From: Aquificaceae bacterium
Lineage (GTDB): Bacteria; Aquificota; Aquificia; Aquificales; Aquificaceae
Assembly (NCBI GenBank): GCA_039630345.1
Contig: JBCNVD010000040.1
Location: 1-24,477, forward strand
Direction of reading: 5' to 3'
Length of the DNA: 24,477 nucleotides
Shown: in pieces, positions 1 through 8,007 of the stretch
Numbering within the stretch: the first letter of the stretch is position 1
Layout: the number at the start of each line of letters is the position of its first letter
The notes under the pieces: model-generated
Told to the model about the DNA's origin: nothing
Seen by the model: only the letters and a program-made list of their open reading frames with translations
The model's database searches: none
Made by a program: the position numbers and the translations under genes

Positions 1-1
1 T

Positions 2-94
2 CCAAAATCCAGAACCCTCAACGACCGCTCAGAGGCACTCGCAAAATCAACATATGAATGGGCAAGAGCTATATATCGTGATATGTTTGTATAG
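2..94 (+). CDS. Partial (3' end): probable flavocytochrome c sulfide dehydrogenase flavoprotein subunit (FccB/SoxF-like)
   Basis: Not in the ORF track. Frame +2 reads PKSRTLNDRSEALAKSTYEWARAIYRDMFV-stop (TAG 92-94). The terminal W-x3-I-x2-D-x-F pattern resembles the C-terminus of FCSD flavoproteins as I recall it. Only 30 residues are visible. Confidence 0.6.
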   Translation, partial: PKSRTLNDRSEALAKSTYEWARAIYRDMFV

Positions 95-98
95 GAGG
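93..98 (+). promoter_or_regulatory. Shine-Dalgarno site for the Rieske gene, overlapping the upstream stop codon
   Basis: AGGAGG at 93-98, 5 nt before ATG 104. Confidence 0.85.
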
Positions 99-103
99 TT
101 TTA

Positions 104-820
104 ATGGATAGGCGCGATTTTGTAAAAGTATGTGCAACAACAGCTCTAGCGTGTGCTGTTGACCCCGGGATTTTCTCAAGGTCCATAGCTCAAACGCAGG
201 GAATGCTCAAGACATTCTCAAGGGCTCCACTTTTGGGGCCTGATGGCAAGCCCATTAAAGAGTCCCAAATCCAGCCTCACAAAAACTACATATTTTTCTA
301 CCCTTATGTCTCTACACCTTGCTTTCTCCTCAACTTAGGCGAAGAGATACCTCCTCAGGAAATCAAACTAAAGTCAGGTCAAAGTTATCGCTGGTTAGGC
401 GGAGTAGGCTCTAAAAAATCTATAGTCGCATATTCAGCAATATGTGCACATCAGTGGAGCTATCCCACAAAACAATACTCTTTTATAAATTACTACCCAC
501 CTGATAAGCCCTCAGAAACTACAAAAAAGGCAGGCATTATCCAGTGCTGTGCTCATCTTGCTTTGTATGATCCAAAAGCCGGCGGCTCAGTAGTCGATGG
601 TCCAGCAGAAGCTCCTCTTGCAGCGGTAGTGCTTGAAGAAAAAGACGGTCAGTTTTTTGCAACGGGGATAATAGGAAAAGACCAGTTTAATGAATTTTTT
701 GAGAACTTTAAGCAAGACCTCAGACAACAGTATGGTTCAAGTGCCAAAGCCAGAGAACAAGTAGACAAATGCACAGTCCAGGAAATAGCAAAATACGTAC
801 AATCTGTCGTTAACTGCTAA
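104..820 (+). CDS. Tat-exported Rieske [2Fe-2S] protein (atypical, long inter-box spacer)
   Basis: Twin-arginine signal MDRRDFVK; Rieske boxes C-A-H and C-C-A-H; GGVG...IVAYSAIC lead-in and GPA-x-x-PL loop typical of the Rieske fold. Confidence 0.85.
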   Translation: MDRRDFVKVCATTALACAVDPGIFSRSIAQTQGMLKTFSRAPLLGPDGKPIKESQIQPHKNYIFFYPYVSTPCFLLNLGEEIPPQEIKLKSGQSYRWLGGVGSKKSIVAYSAICAHQWSYPTKQYSFINYYPPDKPSETTKKAGIIQCCAHLALYDPKAGGSVVDGPAEAPLAAVVLEEKDGQFFATGIIGKDQFNEFFENFKQDLRQQYGSSAKAREQVDKCTVQEIAKYVQSVVNC

Positions 821-2189
821 AAATTCCAAAAGCCCAGCTTATTAGGCTTTCAGCCCTATCTAGGCTGGGCGCCTCTGCATAGAGTCTAATAAGAGGCTCG
901 GTTCCGGAGGCTCTTGCCAGGAGCCAGCTTCCATCTTCGAAAAATAGCTTTAGCCCGTCGTCTGTTCTTGCCTTTACTGTTTTTAAGTTATTTACAAAAT
1001 CCGGAGGATTTTCTCTAAGAGACTTAAGAAGCTCTTTTTTAGAGTCGCTAACTTGCATATCCTGGCGTTTATAAAATACCCTTCCATAAAGGGTATAAAT
1101 TTCTTCGATAAATTCAGAAAGCGAATGTTCTATGCTAGAGAGTAGCTCAAGAATCGCTATTCCAGAAAAAAGCCCATCGCGCTCCGGGAGGAAATCAATA
1201 ATCCCGTAGCCTCCGCTCTCTTCTCCGCCAAATAGAACCTTCTCGCGAAGCACCACATCGTTAACATTTTTAAAACCAACTGGCACCTCGCGAACAGGTA
1301 TGTTTTCTCTTTCACATATTTTGTCAACTAAACTGGTTGTTGAGACTGTTTTAACAACAACCCCATCTCTTAAACCCTTTACCTTGACAAGGTAGTAAAG
1401 AATAAGAACATAAACAAGCTGAGAATTTACAAACTGACCTCTTTCATCAACAAGGGCAAGTCTATCTCCATCTCCATCATTTGCAATGCCGATATTGGCA
1501 TTTAGGGCTCTGACTCTCTCAGAGAGAATTTTGAGGTTTTTCTCCACAGGCTCAGGCGAATGGTTTCCAAAAAGAGGGTCACGAAAAGAGCGAATGGGGA
1601 GAACCTGAATCTTGGTCCCGGAAAGAACAGTATTAAAAAGCCCAGCGGAGCTACCATACATTGCATCATGGATACAGAAAAGCTGCTTTTGTGATAAGAG
1701 CTCAAGGTTTATCTTGCTTTTGACAACTCTTACATATTCGCCCCAAACATTTACGCTCTGGGGTTCAAAATTCTTGGGCTCTATATCAATAGCTTCTGAG
1801 ATTTCATTCTCGACTTTTGAGATAAATTCTAAAGTTGCAGAGCCACCGAAAGAGTCTTTTATTTTATAACCATTATACTCAGGGGGATTATGAGAAGCAG
1901 TTATCATAACACCATTGTCAAAACCCATATACTTGACCGCAAAAGATACCATTGGGGTCGTGCAGGCTTTGTTTGTGATATAAGCATCTATACCAAGAGT
2001 TTTCATAACTTTAAAAACTTCGTAGGCAAAATGTTCTGACATAAACCTGCTATCATAGCCAATAATTACGCGCTTTTTCCCCTCTTTTAATAAAACTTGA
2101 GAGTGCGCAAACGCAACTTTTCTTAAGTTTGAGAATGTAAAATCTCTGCCAATAATTGCCCGCCAGCCGTCTGTTCCAAACTTTATCAT
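810..2189 (-). CDS. Phosphoglucomutase/phosphomannomutase family protein
   Basis: KFGTDGWR N-terminus, catalytic TASHNP, metal loop DGDGDR, sugar loop GEESGG, RASGTEP. Confidence 0.93.
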   Translation of the reverse strand: MIKFGTDGWRAIIGRDFTFSNLRKVAFAHSQVLLKEGKKRVIIGYDSRFMSEHFAYEVFKVMKTLGIDAYITNKACTTPMVSFAVKYMGFDNGVMITASHNPPEYNGYKIKDSFGGSATLEFISKVENEISEAIDIEPKNFEPQSVNVWGEYVRVVKSKINLELLSQKQLFCIHDAMYGSSAGLFNTVLSGTKIQVLPIRSFRDPLFGNHSPEPVEKNLKILSERVRALNANIGIANDGDGDRLALVDERGQFVNSQLVYVLILYYLVKVKGLRDGVVVKTVSTTSLVDKICERENIPVREVPVGFKNVNDVVLREKVLFGGEESGGYGIIDFLPERDGLFSGIAILELLSSIEHSLSEFIEEIYTLYGRVFYKRQDMQVSDSKKELLKSLRENPPDFVNNLKTVKARTDDGLKLFFEDGSWLLARASGTEPLIRLYAEAPSLDRAESLISWAFGIFSS

Positions 2190-3019
2190 CTTTGCTGCTG
2201 ACTCCCGTATGGAAGATTTATTATAGGAGTCATCTTTACATCATAAGGCAAAAGTATGATTGCATTATTTTGACTTTTGGCATATTCCTGGATGTTTTCC
2301 ACGAACTTCCACATAAGATATTCTCTCGTCAAAGAGCCAGAGATAATGCGATTTGCCTCTGCAATGCCTGTTGCTTCAACCTTTTTGCGCTCGGCTTCAA
2401 GTTTTTCACGCTCTAAGAGAAATTGCATGCGCTGGGCTTCTTCATAGGCTCTCCTTTTTTGCTCTATCGCCTCAACCACGCTCTTTGGAAGTCTTATATC
2501 CCTTATAAGGACATCTTCGAGGTTTATGTACCTTCTTTGAATCTGAGAACCTACCTCTTGCTTTATCTGAGCCTGAAGCTTTGGGCGCTCCTGGTAAACT
2601 ACAGAGCTTTCCATCTGGGCAATCGCATCGCGCACTGCGGTGCGGACAACCTGTTTGATAATTTTATCTTCGTAATCAGGACCATATTCCTTTAGAAGTT
2701 TCGGGGCTTTGGATGCATCTATGCGGTATAGCACGGCAACATCCATCTCCACAGGGAGACCATCTCTTGAGAGTGCGCTTATAGGATTTTGTTTATCTTT
2801 TACAAATTCTACAGCGCGCGTGCGCGCTTCAAGTTTTTCTACCTTCTGGACTATGGGAATAACAAAATGAATCCCTTCTCCAAGGGGCGTTTGGCTGATT
2901 TTACCAAAGGTTTTTTTAACCCCCACAAAGCCAGACTGAATTATAACAAAGGAACTTAAAATAAGGGGAAGCACAATTAAAAAAACCGCAACCCCTATCG
3001 TTATCTTAGCCTTATCCAT
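2186..3019 (-). CDS. SPFH/prohibitin (band 7) family membrane protein
   Basis: N-terminal TM helix, GEGIHFVIP, SRDGLPVEMDVAVLYR, C-terminal coiled coil EAERKKVEATGIAEA; 4-nt ATGA overlap with the mutase. Confidence 0.9.
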   Translation of the reverse strand: MDKAKITIGVAVFLIVLPLILSSFVIIQSGFVGVKKTFGKISQTPLGEGIHFVIPIVQKVEKLEARTRAVEFVKDKQNPISALSRDGLPVEMDVAVLYRIDASKAPKLLKEYGPDYEDKIIKQVVRTAVRDAIAQMESSVVYQERPKLQAQIKQEVGSQIQRRYINLEDVLIRDIRLPKSVVEAIEQKRRAYEEAQRMQFLLEREKLEAERKKVEATGIAEANRIISGSLTREYLMWKFVENIQEYAKSQNNAIILLPYDVKMTPIINLPYGSQQQR

Positions 3020-3064
3020 AAGATAGGACTATATTAGCACAGTGTTAAAATATAGTTTAGCAAA
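3020..3064. promoter_or_regulatory. Symmetric divergent promoter region (SPFH / leuB)
   Basis: Inverted repeat ACTATATT (3028-3035) ... AATATAGT (3049-3056) places TATAGT 8 nt before the ATG on each strand; TGn-TAAAAT (+) and TGn-TAATAT (-) also present; no SD on either side. Confidence 0.6.
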
Positions 3065-4138
3065 ATGGCATTCAAAGTTGCTATTCTCGAAGGTGACGGC
3101 ATAGGTCCAGAGGTAGTAAACTGCGCAAAGAGGGTTTTAGAGACAATCTCAAGGCTTTATAGCATTGACATTGATTTCAAATACGGACTGATAGGTGGAG
3201 CTGCAATAGATGCTCTCTCAAAGCCTTTGCCAGAAGAGACTTTGAATCTTTGCAAAGAAGCAGATGCCATCTTGCTTGGTGCAGTAGGAGGACCAAAGTG
3301 GGATGAATTGCCAACAGCTCTTCGCCCGGAGGCAGGGCTCTTATCTTTAAGAAAAGAGCTTGACCTTTATGCAAACTTAAGACCTGTTAAGGTCTTTAAA
3401 GAGCTCTCTGAGAGCTCGCCCATAAAGAATGTTGATGGGGTTGATTTAATTATCGTGAGAGAGCTCACAGGCGACGCTTACTTTGCAGAGCCAAGAGGGA
3501 TATTCAATGAAAATCAGGAAAGGGTTGGTATTAACACAATGCGCTACACCGAGTCACAGATAAGGAGGGTTGCAAAGTTTGCCTTTGAACTTGCAAAAAG
3601 CCGCAGGAAGAAGCTAACGAGCGTGGATAAAGCTAATGTGCTAGAAGTAGGCGCGCTTTGGCGCAAAGTGGTAAACGAGGTCTCAGAAGAATACCCTGAT
3701 GTTGAACTTGAACATCTTTATGTTGATAATTGCGCAATTCAATTAATCAAAAGACCAAAAAGCTTTGATGTTTTGCTAACGGGTAATATCTTTGGGGATA
3801 TCCTCTCAGACGAAGCGGGTGCGCTTAGCGCAAGTCTTGGGATGTTGCCCTCTGCAAGTATAGGTAATTCGCATGCACTATATGAACCCGTGCACGGCTC
3901 TGCACCGGACATTGCAGGTAAGGGCATTGCCAACCCAATAGCAACAGTGCTTTCAGTAAGTATGATGCTTAAATACAGCTTTAAAAACCAAGAGGCGGGG
4001 AAGTTGGTAGAAGACGCCGTTGAGAAAGCCCTTAGCATGGGATTTTTCACGCCAGATATTTGCCCAGAGGGTAAAACTCCCTCCAAGACCGACGATATCT
4101 GCAATGCTATAATCAAAGTCCTAGAGGGGAGAGAGTGA
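3065..4138 (+). CDS. leuB: 3-isopropylmalate dehydrogenase
   Basis: GDGIGPEV, GAVGGPKWD, RPEAGLLSLRK, NIFGDILSDEA, EPVHGSAPDIAGKGIANP. Confidence 0.96.
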   Translation: MAFKVAILEGDGIGPEVVNCAKRVLETISRLYSIDIDFKYGLIGGAAIDALSKPLPEETLNLCKEADAILLGAVGGPKWDELPTALRPEAGLLSLRKELDLYANLRPVKVFKELSESSPIKNVDGVDLIIVRELTGDAYFAEPRGIFNENQERVGINTMRYTESQIRRVAKFAFELAKSRRKKLTSVDKANVLEVGALWRKVVNEVSEEYPDVELEHLYVDNCAIQLIKRPKSFDVLLTGNIFGDILSDEAGALSASLGMLPSASIGNSHALYEPVHGSAPDIAGKGIANPIATVLSVSMMLKYSFKNQEAGKLVEDAVEKALSMGFFTPDICPEGKTPSKTDDICNAIIKVLEGRE

Positions 4139-5604
4139 GAGTTTTTACTGTCTTTATGTTTTTGTTTGCTTTAGCATATGCAGAGCCAGAAGCGCTTTTG
4201 AAAGAATACTTATCCAGAAAGGGTAAGATCGTCTCAATAAGCCCTCAGGGGATAGTTGTGGACTTAGATAGATCAAAAGTAAGAGAAGGCGAAGAATTTG
4301 CAGTGCAAAGAGTGCTAAGGGAAGTTAAAAACCAGGCCGGGGTCACTCTCGGAAAGGAAATGCAAAGAGTTGGTAAGATTAGCATAAGCTCAGCTCAGGA
4401 AGGTTTTTCTTTCGCAAAGCTTTTAGAAGGTAGCGTGCGCGAAGGTGACGAGATAGTACTCACATACTCAGAGGTTTGCTTTGAAGGCTCAGATGAGTGG
4501 TTTTTTCGCCTTAGCACTCAAATTAGCGGTCTTAAGCGCGCAAAAGCTGGCTGCAATTACACCATAAAAGAATTAAAAACAGGAATAGGGGTTGAATTTA
4601 AGGGCTCTCCGGTCGCTTTCTTTGCTTTTCAAAGACCGATTATGCAAGCTGGAATAGAGGATATCAATCTAATTATGAGACCGAAACTTATAAAATCTCT
4701 ACCCTCCTTACCCGTTTTTGCAGAAATATGTAATTTCGACCAGAGAGAGCTTCTTCTGATTCTTTACCAGAATAAACTGGAGGCTTACGAATTAGTGCAG
4801 AAAGATTTTGTAAAAAAAGCTGAGTATTCACTGCCTGCAGGCGTAGGAGTTATGCTAGCCTGTGGGAGGTTTGGTAGCAGGAACCTTGTGTTTGTAAGTA
4901 TGGTATCTTCAGACAGCGCTTCAAGCATTCTCCTTGAACTGGTTGGAGATACCTTTATAGCCAGATTAAGGGATTTTCCATATCTTGTCAGGGTACTTGA
5001 TAGAAAAAGACCAGAGCAGACACTCGTTGCACAGCGTTTAAGAGGAGGAGTTTTAAACGCGCCAGTGAGATTATCAATAGATGAGCTATCGGTGAATGAA
5101 ATAGGGAGCTTCCAGGCACCTCCTGGCTTTCGTATAGACAGCGCGTTTTATTTTGGTAATTTACTCATTTTCACCGATGTGCTTGGTAGGGTCAAAGTCT
5201 TTTCAGGTCCCGGTGAGATTTTCGCAAGCGACACTGGCTTTGGTGGCTCTTATAACTATGTAGAGCTTGCCGGTGATATAAAAAAGATGCTCAGCTTTAC
5301 ACCGCCGGGAACTGTTATAGATGTTTTAGGTAGTCCCGTAGCGCTCGTTGTAAAAAATCAGAGTTCTGGCATCCAGAGATTTTTCGATATTGTCAAGTTC
5401 TCAAGAGGTGAATTATTTAGCATGGTCTCTCCAAGACCGAATTTGGTAAACATAAAACAGGTAAGAGGCAGCTTAATAGAGGAGAGTATTCAGGCAATTT
5501 TGACAACTTCTGAAGGGAGAATCCTGGTAGTATCTGGTAAGGTAGGCGCGCTTGGAATTGGCTCAGCTGGAGAAATCTACGAGGTCGAGTTAAGACTCTT
5601 TTGA
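4135..5604 (+). CDS. Exported hypothetical protein; N-terminal FlgT-C-like beta domain, beta-rich C-terminal region
   Basis: 489-aa ORF; signal peptide with AxA site (ALAYA-EP); GTGA overlap with leuB stop. Domain calls are by eye only. Confidence 0.7.
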   Translation: MRVFTVFMFLFALAYAEPEALLKEYLSRKGKIVSISPQGIVVDLDRSKVREGEEFAVQRVLREVKNQAGVTLGKEMQRVGKISISSAQEGFSFAKLLEGSVREGDEIVLTYSEVCFEGSDEWFFRLSTQISGLKRAKAGCNYTIKELKTGIGVEFKGSPVAFFAFQRPIMQAGIEDINLIMRPKLIKSLPSLPVFAEICNFDQRELLLILYQNKLEAYELVQKDFVKKAEYSLPAGVGVMLACGRFGSRNLVFVSMVSSDSASSILLELVGDTFIARLRDFPYLVRVLDRKRPEQTLVAQRLRGGVLNAPVRLSIDELSVNEIGSFQAPPGFRIDSAFYFGNLLIFTDVLGRVKVFSGPGEIFASDTGFGGSYNYVELAGDIKKMLSFTPPGTVIDVLGSPVALVVKNQSSGIQRFFDIVKFSRGELFSMVSPRPNLVNIKQVRGSLIEESIQAILTTSEGRILVVSGKVGALGIGSAGEIYEVELRLF

Positions 5605-6533
5605 AGTAATAGCACTTTGAACGCCCTTCCCATACTAACGAGCATTGTCTTTAGTCGAGATAGCCTCTCAAAGTCATACGCTTCAAAAGCCCTTAGATAT
5701 TCAGACTCAAAAGCACTATTTATCAAGAGAAACTCCCATAGGTTTTTAAAAAAAACTTTGGTATAGCCAAGAGGAGTAGCTATTTTTGTTAACGCAAGAA
5801 AGTCAACATCAGCTGTCAAATCTGTGTTTTTTAAATCAAGAGGATGGGATTCAAGAGGGTTAAAAACCCTATGAGAGCTATACGCTCTTAAAGTAAAAGA
5901 AGGAGGCTTTAGATTACCATAATCTATAATAAGAACATAACCGGACTTTTGTGAGTTTGCTAGAGATACTAAAAACTCCATACATGCCAGACACAGCTCG
6001 GCATCTTGCAGATTATAGCCCATATTATGAAGATAATCCAAAACCTCTTTGCTTATGGGTAAATATTTATAACCATCTTTAGTTACATAAACTTCAGAAC
6101 CACTTCTTATAACATGAACAGGAAGAGCATCAAAAAATTCGTTTGCTATGAATATACCTTCAAAGGGCTCTATTTTGTCAATCCAGGAGACACAATCAAA
6201 ATCTTTTAATGAAAGTGCCTGGAGAGATTTTAAATATGTGCTATTTTCCAGGATTTTATAATTTATCCGGAAATCCCTTAATTCCTTAAGAATATCTCTT
6301 GCCAGAGCACCGCTTCCTGCGCCTGCTTCAACTATGTCAAAAGATTGCTGACCTCTAAATAGCTCTCTAATTAAAGAAGCAATAGCCTTGCCAAAGGCAA
6401 GATCAAGCTCAGGGGCGGTAAAGAAGTCTTTGCGAAAATCCCTTGAGGAATAGTAATCAATTGCGCTCTGGCGCATAAATTCAGAAAAGGGTATGGGGTT
6501 ATCCGGGAGGCCAGCCAAGTGGGCGTTTTGCAA
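5577..6533 (-). CDS. SAM-dependent methyltransferase, MidA/NDUFAF7 family (start uncertain)
   Basis: IPFSEFM, DFFTAPEL, EAGAGSG SAM motif, ANEFFDALPV, IDYG, DLTADVDF. Confidence 0.88.
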   Translation of the reverse strand: MQNAHLAGLPDNPIPFSEFMRQSAIDYYSSRDFRKDFFTAPELDLAFGKAIASLIRELFRGQQSFDIVEAGAGSGALARDILKELRDFRINYKILENSTYLKSLQALSLKDFDCVSWIDKIEPFEGIFIANEFFDALPVHVIRSGSEVYVTKDGYKYLPISKEVLDYLHNMGYNLQDAELCLACMEFLVSLANSQKSGYVLIIDYGNLKPPSFTLRAYSSHRVFNPLESHPLDLKNTDLTADVDFLALTKIATPLGYTKVFFKNLWEFLLINSAFESEYLRAFEAYDFERLSRLKTMLVSMGRAFKVLLLQKSLNSTS

Positions 6534-6852
6534 TCAGGTGAAAGTGAAGGTGATAAACAGTCTGACCTGCATCCTTGCCACAGTTATTAACGAGTCTATA
6601 CCCATTCCCGCCATCTTTTGGGTCAAGACCAAGGCGCTTTGCTATTAAATTCGCAACATAAAGAAGATGCCCGATAATAGGAATATCCTCCTCTGATAGC
6701 TCGTGAAGGCCCTCTATGTGCTTTCTTGGGATTATCAAGATATGAACCGGCGCAACAGGGTTGATATCTTCAAACGCATAGACCAAATCGTCTGAATATA
6801 CCTCTTTTGAAGGGATTTCTTTGCGAAGAATTTTACAGAAAATGCACTCCAT
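6499..6852 (-). CDS. hinT: Histidine triad nucleotide-binding protein (HinT/HINT)
   Basis: CIFCKI, DINPVAPVHILIIP, GQTVYHLHFHLI triad, GWPPG terminus. Confidence 0.93.
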   Translation of the reverse strand: MECIFCKILRKEIPSKEVYSDDLVYAFEDINPVAPVHILIIPRKHIEGLHELSEEDIPIIGHLLYVANLIAKRLGLDPKDGGNGYRLVNNCGKDAGQTVYHLHFHLIAKRPLGWPPG

Positions 6853-6858
6853 TAGAAG

Positions 6859-6864
6859 ATTTTA
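6859..6864 (-). promoter_or_regulatory. Candidate -10 element for leaderless hinT
   Basis: TAAAAT on the minus strand, 6 nt before ATG 6852; no SD; no convincing -35. Confidence 0.45.
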
Positions 6865-6866
6865 CA

Positions 6867-7580
6867 CTATAAAAAATCCTTACCCAGATAAACTTCTTGA
6901 ACTTCTGGGCGCAAGCTAACTTCAGAAGGGCTACCTTTAGCCAGAATCTTTCCTTCGGAAAGGACAAAGACCTTGCTTACTATTCTGATAGTTTCGCGCA
7001 CATTATGGTCTGTTAGTAAAATCCCTATGCCTTCTGAAGATAGCTCAAAAAGGATGCTCTTTATCTGCGAAAGAATAATGGGGTCTATCCCCGCAAATGG
7101 CTCATCAAGAAAAAGAAACTTTGGACGAAGTATCATTGCCCTGGCAATTTCAAGGCGACGCTTTTGCCCGCCTGAGAGATGCCCTGCTTTTACCTGAGAA
7201 AGCTGCTCAAGTCCAAAGCGAGCGAGCAAATCAAAGGCAAGCGCCCTGCGAGCATGTCTTGCAATGCCTGCTAGCTCCGTAAAAACCAGGAGATTATCAA
7301 GCGTTGATAGCTCATCAAAAAGTGTATGCTCTTGGGGCAAAAACGCTATGCCGTTTCTGGCTCTGATGTGAGCGGGCATAGAGGTTATTTCCTTACCGCT
7401 TAAGAATATCTTCCCCGAATCCGGAAAGGCAAAACCAACAAGTAGATTAAATAGCGTGGTTTTTCCTGCCCCATTTGGACCAAGAAGACCAACGATATCC
7501 CCAGGGAGGAGCTCTATGCTAACCCCTCTCAAAACGGGCTTTTTGCCATAGCTTTTTGTAAGATTTTCGCCAACAAGCAC
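6867..7580 (-). CDS. lptB: LPS export ABC transporter ATP-binding protein
   Basis: GLLGPNGAGKTT, LSGGQKRRLEIARA, LDEPFAGIDP, TDHNVRET, VYLG. Start moved to GTG 7580 because the ORF-track TTG 7616 is part of the -35 box. Confidence 0.93.
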   Translation of the reverse strand: MLVGENLTKSYGKKPVLRGVSIELLPGDIVGLLGPNGAGKTTLFNLLVGFAFPDSGKIFLSGKEITSMPAHIRARNGIAFLPQEHTLFDELSTLDNLLVFTELAGIARHARRALAFDLLARFGLEQLSQVKAGHLSGGQKRRLEIARAMILRPKFLFLDEPFAGIDPIILSQIKSILFELSSEGIGILLTDHNVRETIRIVSKVFVLSEGKILAKGSPSEVSLRPEVQEVYLGKDFL

Positions 7581-7587
7581 TTTTAAA

Positions 7588-7616
7588 ATTTTAAAACCTG
7601 CGGCTTTGAAGTACAA
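7588..7616 (-). promoter_or_regulatory. Sigma70-type promoter for leaderless lptB
   Basis: Minus strand: TTGTAC (7616-7611), 17 nt, TAAAAT (7593-7588), 7 nt, GTG 7580. Confidence 0.7.
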
Positions 7617-7653
7617 CCTACATTTTTACACTTGATTTAAAATCAATAACCTT

Positions 7654-8007
7654 ATGGGGAGCTTTGGTCCATATAGCAAAGCCCTTAAGGCAGGGGGCTT
7701 TGTTTTCATCTCGGGACAGCTAGGATTTAATCAAGAGACCAAAAACCTGGAAGAGGGACTATACAGGCAGACCCTGCAAGCTCTTAAGAATGCAGAGGAG
7801 ATACTAAAAGAGCTTAACCTAAGCAGGCATAAAGTCATCAAGGTAGTTTCATACCTAAAAGACATGGAAGGTTTTGAAGAGTATAATCTCGCCTACGGCG
7901 AGTTTTTCAAAGATGTCGACCCAAAACCAGTCAGGAGCACAGTAGGGGTTAAAGAGCTCCCTTTAGGTGCACTGATAGAGATAGAGGTAACCGCATTCGA
8001 TGGTTGA
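7654..8007 (+). CDS. ridA: RidA/YjgF/UK114 family enamine-imine deaminase
   Basis: GPYS, FISGQL, catalytic Arg in PVRSTVGV, LPLGALIEIE. Confidence 0.88.
   Translation: MGSFGPYSKALKAGGFVFISGQLGFNQETKNLEEGLYRQTLQALKNAEEILKELNLSRHKVIKVVSYLKDMEGFEEYNLAYGEFFKDVDPKPVRSTVGVKELPLGALIEIEVTAFDG

Noticed and set aside
810..2189. Phosphohexomutase as the missing glmM of the cdaA-cdaR unit
   Set aside because: About 10 kb away; KFGTDGWR and GEESGG fit the PGM/PMM-like subgroup better than GlmM (typically FGTDGVRG and GEQSGH).
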